Shown here: positions 47,394 through 55,744 of the stretch, one piece after another | Layout: each line of letters starts with the position of its first letter | Position numbering within the stretch: position 1 is the first letter of the stretch | Assembly: GCA_045654585.1 (NCBI GenBank) | Contig: JAZONS010000052.1 | Span: 15,735 to 79,734, forward strand | Reading direction: 5' to 3' | DNA: 64,000 nucleotides | Source of the DNA: Eubacteriales bacterium | GTDB lineage: Bacteria; Bacillota; Clostridia; Oscillospirales; CAG-272 | Notes under the pieces: generated by a model | The model's database searches: none | What the model was told of the DNA's origin: nothing | Seen by the model: the letters and a program-made list of their open reading frames with translations, nothing else | Position numbers and translations under genes: made by a program

Positions 47394-50300
47394 GTGAAAA
47401 AGACTAAATTAATTGTTGCTCTTGCAGCTGTACTTTGCCTGCTTGTTTCGATGCTTGCAGTTCATACGTTTGCAGCTGATGGCTCCGCGAGCTACGGCGG
47501 TCTTGCCTTAAGCGGAGGAACCGATGAAGTGACCGGCAAAAAATTTGCAATGGATTCTTATCATACCTGTAAGGATACCGAAACTATGCCGGTAACACTT
47601 GAGGCGTGGGTGTATATTCCCGATTCGCTTAAGGGCGAGGCGGTTGGAACGCTTTACGGTAATTACTGGGCCGCATCAAAATACGGCAATGCGTTTATCA
47701 ACTGGGCAATAGCTAAAGATGCTACGCCGAGACTTGTATGGAGCAGCTCTCTTGACGGAGAGATGTATGACGTGTACTTCAATGAGTCTCGCCTTCCTAC
47801 CGATGCATGGTCGCATCTTTCGCTCGTTTACGACGGAGATACGGGCGTTATATCCTGCTATGTAAACGGAGTGCTCACCGAAACGAAGTACTATTATCCC
47901 GCGATCGATCCCGACGTTCTCGAGCTTCCGATGATACTTGGCGGCGATAACAGAACGATGAATGCAAGCTATTTCAAGGGTGAGATAGGAGATATAACAG
48001 TTTATTCCGACGTAAGAGATGCCGATGAGATCAGCGCGGATTACGCAAAGGGAATGGATATGACTGTGGCGACGGCAGATCTTACCGATGCTATCTGCTA
48101 CTATGATTTGGATTCCGAAGATATAGGAAAGAACATCGTTGATGAAACCGGAAACGGATATGATATCATATACAGCAAAACATGGCTCACCGAGGCTGAA
48201 ATGGAAGCTATAAGAAGCGCATCCGGATTCAAGCCCTCATATTCCTTTGCTGTTATGGGAGATACTCAGATGCTGGCGGATTATTATCCCGAAAAGATGC
48301 CCACTCTTTATCAGTGGATAGCGGATAATGCTGCCGCGGATAAAAAGAATATCAAGTTTGCTATCGGTCTTGGCGATATAACCAACGATAACGGCAGAGA
48401 TGACAGATATGAGTACGACGAAGTAAACAAGGTATATTATAAGGTAAGTTCAACGGCTGACAGTACTGCTCCTTATACTCAGTGGGACGTGGCTTACGAT
48501 GCAATAACACTCCTTGACGGTAAAGTCCCTTATGCTCTTGTAAGAGGTAATCACCACGTATACCCCGATTATAACGGTGTAAGAATTGAAGGCTTCAATA
48601 CATATTTTGAAAACTCCGAATGGTTTACCGCGCAGTTTACCTCGGAAAACGGCGGCGGTCTTTATACTACGGGATCCGACCCCGTTACGGGTTATAAGGT
48701 ATCCTATGCGAATACGTATCAGACTCTGACGGTAAATGGTACAAAGTATCTGTTCTTGAATCTTGACTGGAAAATAACCGCAGATATCGTCAGCTGGGCG
48801 GAGCAGGTTATTAAAACTCATCCCGATCATAGCGTTATAGTCAGCACGCACTCTTATCTCGAGTGTGACGGAAACACCGAGGACCTCGGAGATACCACCC
48901 CGAGATCCAGCTATAACGGAGACGTGCTTTGGGATATTCTCTTCTCGAAGTATGCTAACGTTAAAATGATACTTTCGGGACATATAGACAGAGAAATGAT
49001 AGTAACCACTCAGGTTAAGGGAGATCACGGTAACACCGTTACGCAGATGCTTATCAATCCTCAGGGCTTTGACTCCAACCTCGGCGGAACCGCTATGATA
49101 GCTATGTTCTATTTCAACGAGAGCGGAGATGAGATCTTCGTTGAATGGTATTCACCAACGAAGGATAGATATTACAAAAACATTAATCAGTATGCAATAG
49201 ATCTTAATGCCGACGTGGAAAATGAGGCAACGCCTGCTTGGGACGGAGCGAACGTTGAAACGCCTGCAGGCTCGGGAACCGAGGCTGATCCTTACCTTAT
49301 AGCCAACGCGAAAAATCTTGCTTGGATCAGCACGAAGATCACCGATGGCGGCGTATCCTTCGCGGGTAAATACTTCAAGCAGACAGCGGATATAGACCTT
49401 GGTGAAAACATACTTACATCTATTGGTAGATATTACATAAACTCTACGAATATGGCAGCGTTCGGAGGCATTTACGACGGATGCGGTTATTCTATAAAGA
49501 ACGGAACTATAACGGGTGGCAAGCTTTATACCAGCACGAACAGTCCCGCCCCTGAGCGCTATTTCGATTACAGCGAGGGATACGGTCTCTTTGGTGTAAT
49601 TTACGGCGCAACCATTAAGAATATCATCCTTGATGACGTTCAGGTTGTAGGTAGAGGCGTAACGGGTGCTATCGTAGGCCGTGCGGCTGCTCCCGAATTA
49701 ACAAACACCGAGCTTGCGGGCTTCAACACTATCACAGGATGTGAGATCACCGATAGCGTAAGAATAGTAACTCTTCTTCCTACAACCGGTGGATCTGCTC
49801 CCAGATCGTCGGATGACGGACTCAGAGCGGGCCGTGTCGGATCTATATGCGGTATGGCTTACTCGACTAACATCAACGGATGTAAGTCGGCTGCAGAATT
49901 CAGCCTTTCGGGTGACTTCACTCTCGCAGGCGGTATAGTCGGAACAGCGGGACTTAACACCAGAATAGAGAACTCTGCATTCACGGGCGGCATAACGCTT
50001 GCCGAGTCTGCGAGTGGTCTTGTTTCTTATATCGGTGGCATAGTCGGTGCAATTTCTCCCTCTCTTAGCAGTATGGATATGATCGGCTCAAAGCTTAATA
50101 TAAGCGGTCCCTTCTATATAGGCAATTGCTACAACAGCGGTTACTTCACATATCTTGCGAATGAGGCTACTGACGTTTATTACGGCGGTATTATAGGCTT
50201 CTTCGGAGATCTTCCCGACGTAGATGACGATTCTATCGAGTATCCGTATCTCATCGAAAACTGCTATAACCTTTATGAAGCTTCAAAAACAGCTTCCGGC

Positions 50301-53300
50301 GTGAAGCTTTCGGGACTCGTGGCTTACGCTGTTCCCGGAGAAAAGACTCTTTACGTAAAGAATTGCTACTCCGTATCGGTTGAAGCGGAAGAGGGTGAGA
50401 GCAACGAGTTCAGATTCGAAGCCGGTGCTACCTCTATCGACGGTCTTGACGCTATCGCTTGGGAGAATTGCGGAACTCTTGCAAAGACTGATATGAGCGG
50501 CTACGTTTCCGCAGTGGATGCAAGAATTTCATCCGTAAGAGCAAACGGTGTATCTACTGTCTGGATCGTAGGCTCGGGAGCTCCCACCGTAACGGCTACC
50601 GAAGGACTTAAGTATCTTGACACCGCAAGTAACATATATTACGTTTATGAAAACGGCGCATGGGTTGCGGTAAAGAATATAACCATCACCGATAACTCTC
50701 TTGAGACCGAGTACGGTACTATTCCCAACAAGTATATGACCAATACTATGGTAGTATTTTCAAAATCAGGAAACACGTATACCTGTGTTGGTGGATTTGA
50801 TAAGCTTTCCGAGGCTGTCAGCTGCGCTATTAATTCGAAGTATGGACTGACGTACGATCCGAATGGCGAGTCTGTTATCTATTTCAGAGCCGACGTTACT
50901 ACTAAGGATAATATAAGCGGTAACCTCGGATATATCGTAGGTACGGTAGTATTTGACCTTGGCGGTCACACGTTGACTCAGGCAAACAGCGAGCCTATAT
51001 TCAGAGCTTATTCGAAGTATTTGAACGGAACGGCGGAAAGCTATCCCGACGTTTTCTATCTCCCTTCATACTACGTTGTAAAGAACGGTGATATAGTTCT
51101 TAATACAAACGGATTGTTCTATTTCGGTACGGACGGTTCGGGATACAATCTCTTCACAGGTCCCGCTCCTTACGAAGTAAAAACTCTTAACTGGACTCTT
51201 GACGGAGTTAATATATCTCTTGCGAGAGGCGCAACACTGAATAGCCTCCTCGGAAAATATAAGGAGAGCGCAGATCACAAGGTGGATAAGGCTACTCACG
51301 TGAACCTTACTATCAAGGATAACTGCGTACTCGATATAACCAACGCTCCTTCGAACTTCGTTCTCTTCGATGCAAATGATCCTATCACCGAAGGTATGAT
51401 AAACAGCGTATCCTACAATACCAACTCGATCGTTAACGTTGAGGTCGGTGCGTGCGATATTATCGCATCGAACAGTAAGTTTACACTCCAGTCTGTTCAC
51501 CCGAACAACGGATCGTCGGTGACGTACACCGAGGATGAAAACGGTAACGCGCTTACTCTCAGCATTGGAGGCACCGAGTATAATCACGAGGATCTTTATA
51601 CTCCTTACGGATATATAAACACCGAATATTCCAACGTTGCTTCGCACCCCATAATAGAATTCACCTATTCAAACGGTAAGTACACTTGCTATAAGTCGTA
51701 TACCGATCTTGGAGATGCATTATCGGGTAACAGCGGTGCAAGAATCCGTTGCAGAGACGAGGGAACTCTCGCTGTCGTTTATGTGCGTGACAATATCACT
51801 GTTTCTTCGACTATGAGCGGTAATATGGGTTATATCTGCGGAACGATGGTCATTGACCTTGGCGGAAATACCATTACTCAGACAAACAGCGCTCCTCTCT
51901 TCAAGGCGTTTGCCAAGTATGACGGATCCCGTATCGGAAATTCCAACTTCAAGCTCATAAACGGCGAAATAAAGCTTACGAATCACAGCTTGTTCCAAGT
52001 AAGTATTGAGGGTACACCTTATGCTAACGATATCACAAACGTGAAAAACGTTAACTGGACTCTTGATAATCTTACTCTTACTGTAGGATCTGGCGTTGCA
52101 AACGCATTTACGGAATTTAGCGATTACGGCTCGAGCACATACGACGGAAGAAAGATGGTGTTCAATCTTAATATAAGTGATAACTGCGTAATTGATATGA
52201 CAAATGCTGACGCAGGCACGCTTCTCTTCGGCGCAAACGATCCTGTTATTAAGAATACCGCCGGTACGACAAAGTGCTATACCGATTCCGAAGTAAATAT
52301 CAATGTTGGAGCTTGCAGTATACTTGCTGCGAGCGGTAAGGATCCCGTATGGCTTTCGGTAAATAAAGATAACGGCTCATCCGTAACCTTCACCAAGAAT
52401 GCGGAAAACGAGGGAGCTACCGTAACGGTCGGCGACGTGACCTGCACTTATGAGAGTCTCACCACGCCTTACGGATACGTTCCTCTTAAGTATGCGGCTT
52501 ATCCTATTGCCGAGTTCAAGGTTGTTGACGGTGAATACGTCTTTAACAAGGGTTACACTTACCTAAACCAGATATATTCAACGGCTAATCTTTGCTTAAC
52601 TAAAGGTTCGAAAGCTGTACTCTGTTTCAGAGATGATATCAAAACTTCCGATTATACAGGAAGTGGCTCTTACGTATCCGGAAACTTCGGATATAATATG
52701 GGCACTATTATAATAGACCTTAACGGTCATACTCTTACTCAGGATGCTCCTAACCCCATTCTGAGAGCGTACGCAAAGCATAATTCAGCGACTGCAACGG
52801 CTGAGGCAGGGTACTATGAGATCATTAACGGTAATATCGTTCTCAACTCCTATGGAATATTTGACGTCGGCGCTGAGGGATCACAATATCAAAGCTCAAC
52901 TGTCGATAAAACACTTTATTGGACGTTTGATAATATCAATATCTCCTTCGGCAAGAACGCAACCGTGACCTCGCTTATTCAGTTTACCGAGAAGCTTAAG
53001 GTTGCACGCAATATGGGTATGAACGTAACCATCAAGGAGAATTGTGAAATAGACTTGACAAATGCTCCCTCGAACTTCCTTCTCTTCAATGCAAACGAAA
53101 CCACGTCTAAATATACCAATTCCATTGTAACGTTTAACATCGAGGGCTTGCAGATAATTGGCGGTGCCAAGAGCTTCAAGTGGTTTGACGTTCACGCAAG
53201 CAACGGCTCGTCCGTAATATTTAGCAGCTCCGATAACGGATACGTTCAGCTTGAGCTTTCAAAGAAAGCAGCTTCCGGTCTTGATACTTCGGTAGTATTC

Positions 53301-54221
53301 AAGAACTCGAAAGGTGCAGCTCTTACTCTTGTAAAGATTTTCGAGGGAGAGGAAACCACGGTTTATACTCTTGCTCCCGCAAGCATAAAGAGCTTCGTTC
53401 CAAAGATGAGCTTAACGCTTGACAGAAATCTTATAATGAACGCCTACGTACCCGTAAATAACCTACAAAAGTTTACATTTGATGGTGTATTGTACGACGA
53501 TCTTACCGCATTATCCGAAAATAAGATAACGCTTGACGACGGTAACGACTACTATCTCATCACGATTTCTCTCGATGCGAAAGAGGCGGCAAGAACGGTT
53601 AAGCTCGTGGCAACAGTTGATATAGGCGGCAAGAGCGCAACGGCAACCTTCACCTTTAGCATACCCAAGTATGCAGAGAAAATTATAGATAGCGGAACCG
53701 ATACCGAGGTAACTCTTATCAAGGACGTACTTGCATATATCAAGTCGGCTTACACCTACTTCGGCACGAATGATCCCGAGGCTATCTCGAAGATCGATGC
53801 GATTCTCGGTAACTATTCCGCAAAACCCACCGTCGAAGGTGACTCTCTGGCAAGTGTCTCGGGCTTCAAGTCGGTAACCTTCATTCTCGACGGAACGCCT
53901 TCAATGAGATTCTATCTTGCAGACGGCGCGAATGCTGAGAACTATGCGTTCTACGTAGGCATCAAGAAGGTGGCAACCGAGGTATCGGCAGACGGTAGTT
54001 ACGTTGATATCGACGTTTATGCGTACGCACTCTGCGAGACCGTATCGGTAAAGGTCGGTGGAGTTGACGCGGGAAGTTTCCATATCAACAGCTATTATAC
54101 CTACGTCAGCGGTGACAAGTATACCGCAGAAAATAAAGCCGAGCTCGTGGCACTTACAGAATGCTTCTGGAAGTATCTTCAGAGCGCAAGAGCATACAGA
54201 GAGTCGGTAATCGAAGGATAA
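47394..54221 (+). CDS. Giant secreted modular protein 1: LamG + calcineurin-like metallophosphoesterase + GLUG-type region + three ~290-aa modules + conserved C-terminal domain
   Basis: GTG at 47394 lies 7 nt after AAGGAG; the ORF-track ATG at 47370 has no RBS. It has a signal peptide and a LamG motif WSHLSLVYDG...CYVNG. MPE motifs are FAVMGDTQ, GLGDIT, VRGNHH, STHSYL and SGHID. The GLUG-like region is GGIVG/GAIVG. Confidence 0.8.
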   Translation: MKKTKLIVALAAVLCLLVSMLAVHTFAADGSASYGGLALSGGTDEVTGKKFAMDSYHTCKDTETMPVTLEAWVYIPDSLKGEAVGTLYGNYWAASKYGNAFINWAIAKDATPRLVWSSSLDGEMYDVYFNESRLPTDAWSHLSLVYDGDTGVISCYVNGVLTETKYYYPAIDPDVLELPMILGGDNRTMNASYFKGEIGDITVYSDVRDADEISADYAKGMDMTVATADLTDAICYYDLDSEDIGKNIVDETGNGYDIIYSKTWLTEAEMEAIRSASGFKPSYSFAVMGDTQMLADYYPEKMPTLYQWIADNAAADKKNIKFAIGLGDITNDNGRDDRYEYDEVNKVYYKVSSTADSTAPYTQWDVAYDAITLLDGKVPYALVRGNHHVYPDYNGVRIEGFNTYFENSEWFTAQFTSENGGGLYTTGSDPVTGYKVSYANTYQTLTVNGTKYLFLNLDWKITADIVSWAEQVIKTHPDHSVIVSTHSYLECDGNTEDLGDTTPRSSYNGDVLWDILFSKYANVKMILSGHIDREMIVTTQVKGDHGNTVTQMLINPQGFDSNLGGTAMIAMFYFNESGDEIFVEWYSPTKDRYYKNINQYAIDLNADVENEATPAWDGANVETPAGSGTEADPYLIANAKNLAWISTKITDGGVSFAGKYFKQTADIDLGENILTSIGRYYINSTNMAAFGGIYDGCGYSIKNGTITGGKLYTSTNSPAPERYFDYSEGYGLFGVIYGATIKNIILDDVQVVGRGVTGAIVGRAAAPELTNTELAGFNTITGCEITDSVRIVTLLPTTGGSAPRSSDDGLRAGRVGSICGMAYSTNINGCKSAAEFSLSGDFTLAGGIVGTAGLNTRIENSAFTGGITLAESASGLVSYIGGIVGAISPSLSSMDMIGSKLNISGPFYIGNCYNSGYFTYLANEATDVYYGGIIGFFGDLPDVDDDSIEYPYLIENCYNLYEASKTASGVKLSGLVAYAVPGEKTLYVKNCYSVSVEAEEGESNEFRFEAGATSIDGLDAIAWENCGTLAKTDMSGYVSAVDARISSVRANGVSTVWIVGSGAPTVTATEGLKYLDTASNIYYVYENGAWVAVKNITITDNSLETEYGTIPNKYMTNTMVVFSKSGNTYTCVGGFDKLSEAVSCAINSKYGLTYDPNGESVIYFRADVTTKDNISGNLGYIVGTVVFDLGGHTLTQANSEPIFRAYSKYLNGTAESYPDVFYLPSYYVVKNGDIVLNTNGLFYFGTDGSGYNLFTGPAPYEVKTLNWTLDGVNISLARGATLNSLLGKYKESADHKVDKATHVNLTIKDNCVLDITNAPSNFVLFDANDPITEGMINSVSYNTNSIVNVEVGACDIIASNSKFTLQSVHPNNGSSVTYTEDENGNALTLSIGGTEYNHEDLYTPYGYINTEYSNVASHPIIEFTYSNGKYTCYKSYTDLGDALSGNSGARIRCRDEGTLAVVYVRDNITVSSTMSGNMGYICGTMVIDLGGNTITQTNSAPLFKAFAKYDGSRIGNSNFKLINGEIKLTNHSLFQVSIEGTPYANDITNVKNVNWTLDNLTLTVGSGVANAFTEFSDYGSSTYDGRKMVFNLNISDNCVIDMTNADAGTLLFGANDPVIKNTAGTTKCYTDSEVNINVGACSILAASGKDPVWLSVNKDNGSSVTFTKNAENEGATVTVGDVTCTYESLTTPYGYVPLKYAAYPIAEFKVVDGEYVFNKGYTYLNQIYSTANLCLTKGSKAVLCFRDDIKTSDYTGSGSYVSGNFGYNMGTIIIDLNGHTLTQDAPNPILRAYAKHNSATATAEAGYYEIINGNIVLNSYGIFDVGAEGSQYQSSTVDKTLYWTFDNINISFGKNATVTSLIQFTEKLKVARNMGMNVTIKENCEIDLTNAPSNFLLFNANETTSKYTNSIVTFNIEGLQIIGGAKSFKWFDVHASNGSSVIFSSSDNGYVQLELSKKAASGLDTSVVFKNSKGAALTLVKIFEGEETTVYTLAPASIKSFVPKMSLTLDRNLIMNAYVPVNNLQKFTFDGVLYDDLTALSENKITLDDGNDYYLITISLDAKEAARTVKLVATVDIGGKSATATFTFSIPKYAEKIIDSGTDTEVTLIKDVLAYIKSAYTYFGTNDPEAISKIDAILGNYSAKPTVEGDSLASVSGFKSVTFILDGTPSMRFYLADGANAENYAFYVGIKKVATEVSADGSYVDIDVYAYALCETVSVKVGGVDAGSFHINSYYTYVSGDKYTAENKAELVALTECFWKYLQSARAYRESVIEG

Positions 54222-54234
54222 GGAGGTAGAGAAA

Positions 54235-54366
54235 ATGAAAAAGTATATAATCCCCGAGCTTGAAGTAATCGAGCTTGAAGCAGAAGATATCATCACTACC
54301 TCGCCGGGTACGGAAACGACACCGAAAGAGGATAACGACGGTATCTGGGACTTCGATTTTGCTTAA
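54235..54366 (+). CDS. 43-aa acidic small protein (family member)
   Basis: The ATG lies 8 nt after AAGGAGG and 13 nt after the giant gene stop. Product is MKKYIIPELEVIELEAEDIITTSPGTETTPKEDNDGIWDFDFA. Confidence 0.65.
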   Translation: MKKYIIPELEVIELEAEDIITTSPGTETTPKEDNDGIWDFDFA

Positions 54367-54621
54367 TGTCAGAATTGTCCCTATGAAAACACCTCATCCA
54401 CCACTAAAGTGGTCCCCCTATACCTGACCACTCCCGTGTCGCGAACTTTCGCGAGGCGTTGCTCGCTCGGTTTGCTCGCGTTTGTGGGACTTCGCTTCAA
54501 AAAACAATACTTAATCGTTTTTTGTGCGCTCACCCACTGGGGAAGGCTAGAGGTATCCGGGACTTCGATCTCAGTTAATTTAAACCGAATCAAGAATAAC
54601 TGATTCAATATTTATAAAGCG

Positions 54622-54664
54622 ACAAGGCTTACCCGAGTAATCTTGGGTAAGCCTTGTTTTTTTG
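54622..54664. terminator. Bidirectional terminator between the giant gene 1 unit and araC
   Basis: 13-bp stem acaaggcttaccc/gggtaagccttgt followed by a T-run. Confidence 0.8.
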
Positions 54665-54737
54665 TCCTATATGTAAACTATTGTATTCAAAAAAGCAGTT
54701 ATTCGATGCATAGATAATAAAAAAGCGAAGCGAGATA

Positions 54738-55562
54738 CTACAAAACTGCATCGTTGATGACAATCTTCTTGGGGTAAAACATACGGTAATCGTTTGGAGT
54801 GTATCCCGTGAGCTCCTTGAAGCTTCGGTAAAAGCTTCGTTCGCTTCCGAAGCCGCATTCGATGGCAATATCAACTATCGTTCTGTCGGTGTTTTTTAAA
54901 AGGTGTCTGGCTGATTCAAGACGCAACATTGATAAGAGCGTGGAAAAACCAAATCCTGCCGCGCTGTTGATGCATCTTGAGAGATACTTTTCGTTGTATC
55001 CGAGCGCGGAAGCGGTTTTTGTGATAGTGATACGTTCGCTTTTATGGGAATCGATATAAGTTATAACCTTGCTTAAAACGTTATCGTCAATGTGCTTTTC
55101 TATGAGCGATACGTTATTAGAATAGTCGCCGACAATGTTGTATAAAAATCCTTTTACTTTGTACAGTGTAAGATTTCCGGTGCGTACTGTGTCTAAAAAA
55201 GCCGCGTATTCATCGATATTCAGCGGGAATACCGAGCGCTCGCCCGTATTCTTTTCGTTGGGAGCAAAAAATGATTGGATGAGTGATGGTAAAAAGTTAA
55301 ATCTAAAGTATTCCGTGCCCTCGGGTCTGTCATACGCGTGGGACTGAAAAGGGAAGAGCAGAGCGCAACTTCCTGCCGGGATCTTCTCGGAATTCTTGCC
55401 GAGAACGTGCAGAGTCAATTCTCCGGATGTAACCAGAAGGAGCTCTGCCGATGGGTGTATATGAAAATGCATTTTGCATTCTTCCGCGTTTCCGAGTTTG
55501 ATACTGTGCTCTTTTGCGATAAAAGATGTGGAAATTTCCTGCAAACTGTTGAAATATTTCAT
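54738..55562 (-). CDS. AraC family transcriptional regulator (cupin + HTH), divergent from giant gene 2
   Basis: Cupin-like N-terminus HFHIHPSAELLLVTSGEL and C-terminal HTH CGFGSERSFYRSFKELTGYTPNDYR. Confidence 0.85.
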   Translation of the reverse strand: MKYFNSLQEISTSFIAKEHSIKLGNAEECKMHFHIHPSAELLLVTSGELTLHVLGKNSEKIPAGSCALLFPFQSHAYDRPEGTEYFRFNFLPSLIQSFFAPNEKNTGERSVFPLNIDEYAAFLDTVRTGNLTLYKVKGFLYNIVGDYSNNVSLIEKHIDDNVLSKVITYIDSHKSERITITKTASALGYNEKYLSRCINSAAGFGFSTLLSMLRLESARHLLKNTDRTIVDIAIECGFGSERSFYRSFKELTGYTPNDYRMFYPKKIVINDAVL

Positions 55563-55586
55563 AAAAACCTACCTTTATGTAACCTT

Positions 55587-55616
55587 ATGGCATATATAAT
55601 ACCATATAATGGCATA
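55587..55616. promoter_or_regulatory. Candidate operator: ATGGCATA direct repeat (22-nt spacing) with inverted TATGGTAT between the copies
   Basis: ATGGCATA occurs at 55587-55594 and 55609-55616. ATACCATA lies at 55599-55606. The site sits in the araC / giant gene 2 divergent region. Confidence 0.35.
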
Positions 55617-55744
55617 AGTTGTCAAGAAGGTTATGCTATAATAAAGTCGAACGTACACGTATTTTCTATTTAATTATTATAATAGATACGTGAATTTTGT
55701 ATCATTTGAATTAACCAAATCAAGTATTCAAAAGGAGAATGGAA

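Noticed and set aside
54235-54366. The small peptides as RiPP precursors: streptide-like Lys-Trp crosslink because of K-x-D-x-D-G-x-W, or ranthipeptide-like because of the P-x-L-E-V leader-like start.
   Set aside because: No radical SAM/SPASM or other maturase, protease or exporter is present in the 64 kb. The conserved region has no Cys, and the copy at 2628 lacks the Lys and Trp. I kept this only as a low-probability alternative in the finding.
54367-54551. The insert after small ORF 1 as a diverged member of the dispersed 220-bp repeat family.
   Set aside because: Only a weak resemblance (gaagcgaagtcccacaaac vs gaagaacgaagatttctccacaaaac) is visible. The diagnostic AAGGTTGAAAACC and CGTAC-N4-GTACG hairpins are absent.
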